A DNA stretch of 24,000 bases from Waterburya sp. GTDB lineage: Bacteria; Cyanobacteriota; Cyanobacteriia; Cyanobacteriales; Xenococcaceae. The notes below the pieces were generated by a model. It was not told the DNA's origin. It did not search any database and saw only the letters and a program-made list of their open reading frames with translations. The stretch covers positions 3,563,771-3,587,770 of the forward strand of contig OZ244627.1 in the NCBI GenBank assembly GCA_965218645.1, read 5' to 3'. The position numbers and the translations under genes were made by a program. Shown in pieces: positions 8,912-15,706 of this stretch; position 1 is the stretch's first letter, and the number at the start of each line of letters is the position of its first letter.

Positions 8912-10744
8912 GTGATGGAAGAATTGCTTAAGGCGATCGCTAACAGCAGTATTGAACAACAAGTATCTTTGTTACCCCAAGCGTTAGAGTACGGAGAATC
9001 AGGCATTGATTTTTTAATCGATCGCCTAAGTAATTCTGAACTGGAAGTAAGAGCAAGAGCTTATGATCTTTTACAAGATGTTGAGTCGGAGAAAGCACGA
9101 AAAGCTATAGCCCCAGGACTTTTATTTAATTCAGGAGATAGAGTCTACAGCGTTTATCAATCTGGTACATCGTTTGATGACAGTGGATACTATCTCAATG
9201 ACAATATTGCCTATTTTGACGAGTTTGATCTTTTCGTTGATGGGGAAGACTACTTTTACTATCATGAGAAAGAGGAATTTTGCAAGAGTAAACGTTTGTT
9301 TTGCTATTTGAACCAGGACGCAGCAGAAGAAAAAGCAGAAGCTTTACATAGAGAACTTATTCAAAAAGAAAATATTGGCGGTCTTGGTTTTGAATGGGAA
9401 CAAAAAGATTCAAGTTTTGAGCAGTGGTGTGTCGAACACAATATTGATTATGATAAAAACAATTGGAAGAGTAGAAGCGATGTATTAGATTACCTTTACT
9501 TACCAGAAAATATTGAGTTACTTAGTAAGTTTTGGAAAGATGGTATAGGACGTTTTGCCTTTGTCCAAGAAGAATTTATTCAGCAAAAGGTTCAGTTAAG
9601 AATTGAAGAAAAGCTGACTCAAAGAACATTTGAAGAAAACATAGTGGCAGAATTTATTGCCAGACCAAAAGATCATCAACAAAAGTCTTTTAACTTTCTT
9701 ATTAGAGCTTGGGAAAGCGATCGCAGCAAAACTTATTTACTACCTGAGTTTTTGAAGTATGGCGAATCAGGCATGGATTTTTTGGTCAAATGTCTTGAAG
9801 ATCCCGAATTAGAAATTAGAGCAACGGCATATAAACTCTTGGGAGATATAGAGTCGGAGAAAGCACGAAAAGCGATCGCACCTGGACTTTTATTTAACCC
9901 TGGGGATAAAATTTTTTATGTTAGAAAAAGCACAATGTGGTTTGACGATCATTGTTATAGGTTACATCAGCCCTCAAATGTAAATAAAGAAAGACATTTA
10001 ATTAACTACAATGACTATATCAATCAAAATTATAAAATCATCAGATTTGATAAAGTAGCTTATATAATTACTTTTGCTCCATACTTTATTAATTATCAGC
10101 AGGCAAAATTATCGGCAGAATTATTACACAATAAAAGAATATCTGAAGTAAGCATTACAGAATTCGATCTTAAGGACGATAGAGAAACAATTAAACAGTG
10201 GTGCGATTGCTATGGCATAACACAAGCAGTCAATGATCTTCAAACAGAAAAGGATCTAAAACAAGGTTTGGATAGATGGCATAAAATCTACGGTATATCA
10301 AATTCTAAAGACTATATCTATTGGTCAACTGTCGAAAGTTACTTAAAATCCAGCGAAAACTTAGATTTATTAAATTGGCTTTGGCAAGATTTAGTAGGCA
10401 GTTTCGCATTTGTCACTAAAGTAGTTTTTGATAAAACTACTTATTTAAGTATCGATCCATATTATTCTCAGATCGTGGGGTATAAAGACACATATAAATA
10501 TTCTTATGGTCAAGATGTAGAAGAATTATCATTATCTTCAGAAGAATCAGAAACAAATTCACTATTAGCAGCACTCAATAGTTCTCAGTTAGAAATTAGA
10601 AACCTTGCTTATCAATTGTTGCAGGGAATTAAATCAGAAAACGCGCAACAGGCTATTTGTCAAGGAGTAAGACTCAACCCTGGAGACAAAATATACAGCG
10701 TTTATCAATATATACAGCGTTTATCAATCTGGCGTAGAATTTGA
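8912..10744 (+). CDS. Large modular HEAT-like-repeat protein, upstream fragment (modules 1, 2 and the start of 3); frame broken by a 19-bp tandem duplication
   Basis: 610-aa ORF (GTG 8912; ATG at 8915). A HEAT-like unit (ELEVRARAYDLLQDVESEKARKAIAPGLLFN) recurs at aa ~40, ~300 and ~565. The ORF ends ...IYSVYQYIQRLSIWRRI*, immediately after the duplicated 19-mer. Confidence 0.75.
   Translation: MMEELLKAIANSSIEQQVSLLPQALEYGESGIDFLIDRLSNSELEVRARAYDLLQDVESEKARKAIAPGLLFNSGDRVYSVYQSGTSFDDSGYYLNDNIAYFDEFDLFVDGEDYFYYHEKEEFCKSKRLFCYLNQDAAEEKAEALHRELIQKENIGGLGFEWEQKDSSFEQWCVEHNIDYDKNNWKSRSDVLDYLYLPENIELLSKFWKDGIGRFAFVQEEFIQQKVQLRIEEKLTQRTFEENIVAEFIARPKDHQQKSFNFLIRAWESDRSKTYLLPEFLKYGESGMDFLVKCLEDPELEIRATAYKLLGDIESEKARKAIAPGLLFNPGDKIFYVRKSTMWFDDHCYRLHQPSNVNKERHLINYNDYINQNYKIIRFDKVAYIITFAPYFINYQQAKLSAELLHNKRISEVSITEFDLKDDRETIKQWCDCYGITQAVNDLQTEKDLKQGLDRWHKIYGISNSKDYIYWSTVESYLKSSENLDLLNWLWQDLVGSFAFVTKVVFDKTTYLSIDPYYSQIVGYKDTYKYSYGQDVEELSLSSEESETNSLLAALNSSQLEIRNLAYQLLQGIKSENAQQAICQGVRLNPGDKIYSVYQYIQRLSIWRRI
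10691..10728 (+). repeat. Perfect 2 x 19-bp tandem duplication (atatacagcgtttatcaat) that causes the frameshift
   Basis: Positions 10691-10709 and 10710-10728 are identical. Deleting either copy joins the two ORFs to read GDKIYSVYQSGVEFDDQMYYML. This parallels module 1, where the same sequence tacagcgtttatcaatctgg occurs once at 9146-9165 (GDRVYSVYQSGTSFDD). Confidence 0.9.
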
Positions 10745-10751
10745 TGACCAG

Positions 10752-11528
10752 ATGTATTATATGCTCAAAGATGATATTGATTATATTGAGCAACTTCGTA
10801 GTCAGATTAATAATAGTCATGAATACCCAAGGGTATATTCTCAGCGCATATATTGCTTTACAGATAAAAAGCAAGCTAAAGAAGCAGCAGAGACTTTACA
10901 TCGAAAGTTAATTAAAGAAAAAAAATTTGCTTTGGAATGGGGTAAAGCAAATCCAAATTTCGATCTAAAAAAGTGGTGTATTGACAATAATGTTGCTTAC
11001 AAAGATGAGTGGGAAGAATCTAAATGGGATGGCATAGATAGTTATACTGCAATTTTTGAAATTAAAGAACTAATTGCTGACGATGAACAGCTAAGGGACA
11101 ATTTGAGACGAAGTAGATATATATATCATCCAAGACAGATGGACACTTGGTGTAAAGATAATCATATTTGTTATGAGCAGATTTGCGATGATAATCATCC
11201 CGACTATTGGCACAATTATAGAAAAGTTTTGGATTATATAAATTTGCCAGAAAATATTGAGCTATTAAGCAAGTTTTGGAAAGACGGTGAGGGTAACTTT
11301 GCTTTTGTCAAAGAAGAAATTGTGCTGCGAAAAGTATACATAAAAATCGGCGAAGAACTTCATAGTCAAGCTGAAGCCAGTAATTTATTTGCCGTGTCAG
11401 AAGAATATCGAGAAGCAGCAGGCAACTTATTAGTAGAAATATTAGAAAATAGCAAAACACAGGCTGAATCTAAATTAAAAGCACGAAAAGTACTGCAAGA
11501 TCTTGATTGGGACGAAATTCCTTTTTAA
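10752..11528 (+). CDS. Downstream fragment (rest of module 3) of the same modular protein
   Basis: 258-aa ORF. Its frame is already open from 10671 and reads IYSVYQSGVEFDDQ before the first Met. The C-terminal block VLDYINLPENIELLSKFWKDGEGNFAFVKEE matches VLDYLYLPENIELLSKFWKDGIGRFAFVQEE of module 1. Confidence 0.75.
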   Translation: MYYMLKDDIDYIEQLRSQINNSHEYPRVYSQRIYCFTDKKQAKEAAETLHRKLIKEKKFALEWGKANPNFDLKKWCIDNNVAYKDEWEESKWDGIDSYTAIFEIKELIADDEQLRDNLRRSRYIYHPRQMDTWCKDNHICYEQICDDNHPDYWHNYRKVLDYINLPENIELLSKFWKDGEGNFAFVKEEIVLRKVYIKIGEELHSQAEASNLFAVSEEYREAAGNLLVEILENSKTQAESKLKARKVLQDLDWDEIPF

Positions 11529-11557
11529 AAATTTCACTATTAAAGATTATTTATTAA

Positions 11558-12271
11558 ATGAAAGGATTAAGTATAACGGCTATTGGCTTGAGGGGTTTTG
11601 ATGAGTGTCTGGATATTTTTCACACTCTAAAGTCACCTTTAAAATTAGATTATCTGGAATTAGCGATTGGCAGTAAATGCGAGATCGATCGTGACTATCT
11701 AGATATTCCTTTAATTCTCCACGATTCTTGTTTATATGATCGCTATTTTCGCTATAGACTAGATCCTTTACAACCGTTAACCTGGAAAACTTACGCTGAT
11801 TTCACTACCAGTCATAAAGTTTTAGCCGTATCTCTTCATCCACCACCAAGAAGTCATTGCAGTCAAAAAGAATTAGAAGTGGCAATGATAAAAATGCAGA
11901 AAGCATTACAAGTACCTGTGTATTTGGAGGTGGTGCCTTCGGATAAGTATTGGTGTTCTAGTATCCAAACTCTAATTGATTTTCCTTTATTACTCGATGT
12001 CTCTCATGTAAACATTTGGTATCAGGGTAACACCACTGCAACTAAAGAGACTTGTCTGAATTTGCTTAATTCTGATTCAGTGGGGGCAATTCATCTGAGT
12101 CATAATGCAGGAAAAGCAGATACTCACGATCTCATTCCCAATAACATTTGGTTTAATAATTATTTGGAAGAATGGAATGATGATTATTTGGTTACTTACG
12201 AAAGCTTGCCTATTGATTACGCAGCTTATGAAAGGCTAGATAAATGTCGTAAATTTGAGCTTGATAGTTGA
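11558..12271 (+). CDS. Hypothetical protein, possibly a xylose-isomerase-like (AP endonuclease 2 type) TIM barrel
   Basis: 237 aa, starting 30 bp after the modular protein. The LLLDVSHVN and IHLSHNAGKADTHDLIP blocks resemble the metal-ligand His/Asp motifs of sugar-phosphate isomerase/epimerase-type TIM barrels. The functional assignment is weak. Confidence 0.6.
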   Translation: MKGLSITAIGLRGFDECLDIFHTLKSPLKLDYLELAIGSKCEIDRDYLDIPLILHDSCLYDRYFRYRLDPLQPLTWKTYADFTTSHKVLAVSLHPPPRSHCSQKELEVAMIKMQKALQVPVYLEVVPSDKYWCSSIQTLIDFPLLLDVSHVNIWYQGNTTATKETCLNLLNSDSVGAIHLSHNAGKADTHDLIPNNIWFNNYLEEWNDDYLVTYESLPIDYAAYERLDKCRKFELDS

Positions 12272-12284
12272 AAAGTGCGATCGC
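12141..12284 (+). repeat. Direct repeat copy 1 (the intact 3' end of CDS 11558-12271 plus 13 bp ending in HIP1)
   Basis: 144 bp, with about 13 mismatches to 12991-13134. The offset between copies is exactly 850 bp, with no indels. Confidence 0.9.
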
Positions 12285-12349
12285 CCTTACGAGATATCTG
12301 TAATAAACACCATTTAATTTGGTATTATTAATCAATTTAAAAACACCAA

Positions 12350-12619
12350 CTAATACACCTGATCGTGATTGCCAATATCAATAAAAACAGCGTTTCCATT
12401 ATCTGTAAAGTAAAATAAAACTCGCTCGTCATATTCTACGCTAAAGCTCCATAAGTCCTTCAGTTTTCCTGATAACTTATGAGTTTTGAGACTTGAATCG
12501 AAAGGATCTTTAGTAAATACTTCTATTTTTGCCCAAGATCTAGATTCTAACTCTGTCTTGCCTTTAATTCTTTTTTTGAACGATCGCCGAAAAGATGAAC
12601 TAAAGCTAACCTTGATCAT
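12350..12619 (-). CDS. Type II toxin, RelE/StbE-family mRNA interferase
   Basis: 89 aa. ...THKLSGKLKDLWSFSVEYDERVLFYFTDNGNAVFIDIGNHDQVY has the family pattern H-x-L-x-G-x-L ... D-x-R-hydrophobic ... G-x-H-D-x-V-Y at the C-terminus. Its start overlaps the antitoxin stop by 1 nt (TAATG). Confidence 0.85.
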   Translation of the reverse strand: MIKVSFSSSFRRSFKKRIKGKTELESRSWAKIEVFTKDPFDSSLKTHKLSGKLKDLWSFSVEYDERVLFYFTDNGNAVFIDIGNHDQVY

Positions 12620-12825
12620 TAATCTTCAATTAATTGTTTTAATTCATCAACATTCGAGGAAAAAATTAATTTACTATTTTGCTCTTCAAGACGGCTTTTT
12701 TGATAGTTACTATATATTGCTTCGCGTCGTTCCTCACGTAAGTATTGAGCTAAGAGTGCCTGAATTTCCAGTTTTTCTTCAAGGGAGAGGTTTTTAATTG
12801 TTTCAACTATATCACTAAAGCTCAT
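12619..12825 (-). CDS. Cognate antitoxin (small acidic helical protein)
   Basis: 68 aa, located immediately upstream of the toxin and translationally coupled to it. I recognise no family by eye, so the call rests on position and size. Confidence 0.65.
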   Translation of the reverse strand: MSFSDIVETIKNLSLEEKLEIQALLAQYLREERREAIYSNYQKSRLEEQNSKLIFSSNVDELKQLIED

Positions 12826-12849
12826 AATTTAATTAAATACTTTTCAATC

Positions 12850-12873
12850 ATTGTGCAATAAATTTAGCACAAT
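12850..12873. promoter_or_regulatory. Inverted repeat upstream of the antitoxin gene (candidate autoregulatory operator)
   Basis: attgtgc (12850-12856) and gcacaat (12867-12873) are separated by a 10-bp AT-rich spacer, 25-48 bp upstream of the antitoxin ATG. On the minus strand a TATATT hexamer overlaps the upstream arm of the repeat by 3 nt. Confidence 0.35.
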
Positions 12874-12990
12874 ATAAATAGCTAGTTAGGCTTTTCTCAA
12901 AAGTAAAACTTTGCTTCTGAAGGGTAACAAAAGCAGAGTTTTGACAATCTAAGAATAATTTTGCCGAGCTATAAAGCTTTTAAATTCGCT

Positions 12991-13134
12991 ATAACGTTTG
13001 GTTTAATAATTATCTACAGAAATGGAGTGATGATTATTTAGTTACTTAGGAAAGCTTGCCTATTGATTACGCAGCTTATGAGAGGCTAGATAAATGTCGT
13101 AAATTTGAGCTTGATATTTAAAAAGCGCGATCGC
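12991..13134 (+). repeat. Direct repeat copy 2 (decayed duplicate of the 3' end of CDS 11558-12271)
   Basis: It aligns without gaps to 12141-12284. The reading frame is broken because TAC becomes TAG (gttacttaCg versus gttacttaGg). It ends in the same HIP1 site. Confidence 0.9.
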
Positions 13135-13208
13135 TTTCGCCTGCGAACGAATATATATATAAGTGACAATAATCGCTATAATTTACCCAAAATATACCAG
13201 TTAATAAA

Positions 13209-13529
13209 ATGTTTGATTTTCTTAATCCTCTTTTAAATCGTCACCCAGAAAAATATAAAGCTGACGTAGAAATTTACACTTGGGCTACTTGTCCTTTTTG
13301 TATTCGTGCCAAGCTATTAATGTGGTGGAAAGGAGTTGAATTTACCGAATATAAGATAGACGGCGATGAACAAGCTAGAACGCAAATGGCTCAACGGGCT
13401 AATGGTAAAAGAAGCGTACCCCAGATTTTTGTTAATAATCAGCATTTAGGTGGCTGTGACGATCTTTATGATTTAGATGCTCAAGGACAGTTAGAACCAT
13501 TGTTAATTAAAGAATCTAGTTCCGTTTAA
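13209..13529 (+). CDS. grxC: Glutaredoxin 3 (dithiol CPFC type)
   Basis: 106 aa. It has the active site WATCPFCIRAK, the SVPQIFVNNQHLGGCDDL motif, and a typical Grx3 size. Confidence 0.9.
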   Translation: MFDFLNPLLNRHPEKYKADVEIYTWATCPFCIRAKLLMWWKGVEFTEYKIDGDEQARTQMAQRANGKRSVPQIFVNNQHLGGCDDLYDLDAQGQLEPLLIKESSSV

Positions 13530-13533
13530 TTGT

Positions 13534-13577
13534 AAAAGGCGATCGCTCTATCAAGATAACTAGCGATCGCTTTTTTG
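13534..13577 (+). terminator. Rho-independent terminator after grxC
   Basis: The stem is formed by two HIP1-containing arms (gcgatcgct 13539-13547 and agcgatcgc 13562-13570), flanked by aaaa and tttttt. Confidence 0.6.
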
Positions 13578-13754
13578 TTGTATCCGTTTTTTTTACTTGA
13601 ATTTGGTTTTCTAAGGAGGAAAATAAGTACATCGTAATCCTATAGCTCCCTAGACTAAGATAGTAGATTGACTAGGAAGTAATTCATAAGCTATTACTAA
13701 CAAACATAGAACCTCTAAGCTGTAATAGTCATAAAATCATAATTGAAAACCAGT

Positions 13755-15179
13755 ATGAGTAAGTTAAGCCTTAAACCTAAAGCCCGTAGTCGAAACTCCA
13801 AACGTCAGGAATTAGAAGTTGACCCGATCTTTCTGTTGCTATTGGCATTGGGAGTTTTTCTAGTCACCTATGTTGTAATTGGTATTGTGCCACCATTGAG
13901 GCAATCTTATGTTGGGGTACTACTATTTGAAAGAGGTCCTATTCAATACTTAGTAGTGGCATTATCAGCGATAGTGTTGTCCACTACTATATTGAAATTT
14001 TTGCTGCTGAGAAAGGAATATACTGCCTTGAGCAAAATATGGATTGCCGATCATATACCTTTAGATCAGCCTGATGCTCATGAGGTTGACTATTTTCAGC
14101 AGAGGTTGATGAAGGACAATAACTTAATAGCACTAAGATGTGGGCGGATCTTGAAAGCCTATGTAAAAAGTGGCGATCGCACTGTGGCTAACGAGTTTGC
14201 TCTAGATGATTCTTCTTTTTATCTGAGTGCTTCAGAATCTTCTTACTCTGTACCTCGTATTTTGGTTTGGGCAATTCCTCTCTTAGGCTTTATTGGTACG
14301 GTCGTAGGGATTAGTAGCGCGGTTAATAATTTTTCTGGTCTTTTAAACACCGCTGGAGACATCGAAAAAATTAAAGCGGGAATTGGAGCAGTAACACAAG
14401 GCTTAGGTGTAGCATTTGATACTACTTTGCTAGCACTGTTTTTGAGTGTACTGGTTATGATTCCCTTGGTGATAGTAGAAAAGTACGAGTCTAAATTACT
14501 TTTGGGAATTGATGTCTTTATCAACGATAAATTGTTGCCCCGATTAAAAAAGAAAAATGAACAGCTAGATCCAGCAACTATCGATCGAGCTGTAGAAGGC
14601 GCAATCAAAGAATATTTTCCCCAACCTCAAGACTTGATCCAGCCAGCCAATGCCTACGCTGAACAAGCTGCCGAAAGACTATCTAAAGGATTTTTATCTG
14701 AAATAGGCAAGGTTCAGGACGTTAGCTCTCAGGTTATTGCTCAAGTTACCGAAGTCAGAGAAATGGCAGATCGCGATCGCCATGAGTTTCTGAGCTTTTT
14801 TGCCGAGCAACAGCAAGCGAACCAAGAGTTAGTCGTGCAAATTCGCGCAATTTTAGAAGAGATTAGAAGCAAAAATATGGCAGTTGCCAACGATCTCAAC
14901 GCTCAAACCCAAGGAATTAGCAACCAGCTAGAAAAAGCTGCTCAAGTTTTAGAAAGTAGAGTTGGTTCATTAGAAACCGCAACTCAGAAAATGACTGATT
15001 TTCAAGAGATACAGCTGGGTTTAGAAAGAAGTTTTGCTTCCTTGGAAAAGACTGCCCAACTAGAAAATGTTCTAGCAGGAGTTAAAGATAACTTATCTCA
15101 GCTTCAGCCCATTCTCCAACAGCTAAATAAGCCTCGTCGCATCACTTTTGTCGAACAGGACAATGGTAATAATTCTTAG
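13755..15179 (+). CDS. MotA/ExbB/TolQ-family proton-channel protein with a long C-terminal coiled-coil tail
   Basis: The ORF track starts at TTG 13743; ATG 13755 (MSKLSL...) is the more likely start. There are four predicted TM helices. The MotA_ExbB core is IPLLGFIGTVVGI...GIGAVTQGLGVAFDTTLLALFLSVLVMIPLV. Residues ~268-478 are Q/E/L-rich, helix-forming sequence. Confidence 0.85.
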   Translation: MSKLSLKPKARSRNSKRQELEVDPIFLLLLALGVFLVTYVVIGIVPPLRQSYVGVLLFERGPIQYLVVALSAIVLSTTILKFLLLRKEYTALSKIWIADHIPLDQPDAHEVDYFQQRLMKDNNLIALRCGRILKAYVKSGDRTVANEFALDDSSFYLSASESSYSVPRILVWAIPLLGFIGTVVGISSAVNNFSGLLNTAGDIEKIKAGIGAVTQGLGVAFDTTLLALFLSVLVMIPLVIVEKYESKLLLGIDVFINDKLLPRLKKKNEQLDPATIDRAVEGAIKEYFPQPQDLIQPANAYAEQAAERLSKGFLSEIGKVQDVSSQVIAQVTEVREMADRDRHEFLSFFAEQQQANQELVVQIRAILEEIRSKNMAVANDLNAQTQGISNQLEKAAQVLESRVGSLETATQKMTDFQEIQLGLERSFASLEKTAQLENVLAGVKDNLSQLQPILQQLNKPRRITFVEQDNGNNS

Positions 15180-15200
15180 TAAAACTAGACAGCATTTTTT

Positions 15201-15665
15201 ATGTCAAGGCGTAATATTCATCGCAAAAAGCAGGCAGAGGTAGAGCTATTTCCCTTTCTCTCTGTTCTTGCCTGTACCATTGGTACTTTAATTTTATTAA
15301 TTATCGTTTTAACTACCCAAGCTTTAAAACCTCAAGAGGCTGTTGTAGTTGCTAAAGCTGAAAAGGATGGTAAAGGTATTAATAAAAACAAAACTCCTCT
15401 TTATATTGAATGTCGTCAAGATGGTTTTATAATTCATCCCAGCAAAGAATTTGCTCCTAGAGCCGATATATACGACCAAAACTCTCCCTTAAGAAAAACA
15501 ATTGCCAAGTTAAAAGCTAACAAAGATAAACAGTATTTAATTGTTATTTTGCGTCCCGATGGTTTGGAAATGTTTGATAAACTGCGCGCACTCGTAGACA
15601 AAGAAGGAATTGATATTGGTTATGAGCCTTTAGAATTTGGCTTGGAACTAAAAATAGAAAGTTAA
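15201..15665 (+). CDS. ExbD/TolR-like single-pass membrane protein, paralog 1 (Ser in place of the TM Asp)
   Basis: 154 aa. A basic N-terminus is followed by ELFPFLSVLACTIGTLILLIIVL, which is alignable to ExbD TPFIDVMLVLLIIFMV. The C-terminal QYLIVILRPDGLEMFDKLRALVDKEGIDIGYEP resembles the ExbD periplasmic domain pattern (v-l-i-r-a-D...y..vv.vmd....aG...vgl). Confidence 0.6.
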   Translation: MSRRNIHRKKQAEVELFPFLSVLACTIGTLILLIIVLTTQALKPQEAVVVAKAEKDGKGINKNKTPLYIECRQDGFIIHPSKEFAPRADIYDQNSPLRKTIAKLKANKDKQYLIVILRPDGLEMFDKLRALVDKEGIDIGYEPLEFGLELKIES

Positions 15666-15706
15666 GACTAACAAAATAAACTAAATTTTAAAAACTAAAA
15701 TTATTA

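Noticed and set aside
10674-10874. Minus-strand 66-aa ORF spanning the frameshift site
   Set aside because: It is an antisense chance ORF with an Ile/Asn/Leu-rich product. The plus-strand modular protein explains the region.
12486-12797. Plus-strand 103-aa ORF overlapping the TA cassette
   Set aside because: It is antisense to both the toxin and the antitoxin, which have clear family features and translational coupling.
14243-14608. Minus-strand 121-aa ORF inside the MotA/ExbB-like gene
   Set aside because: It is an antisense shadow of the conserved MotA_ExbB core.
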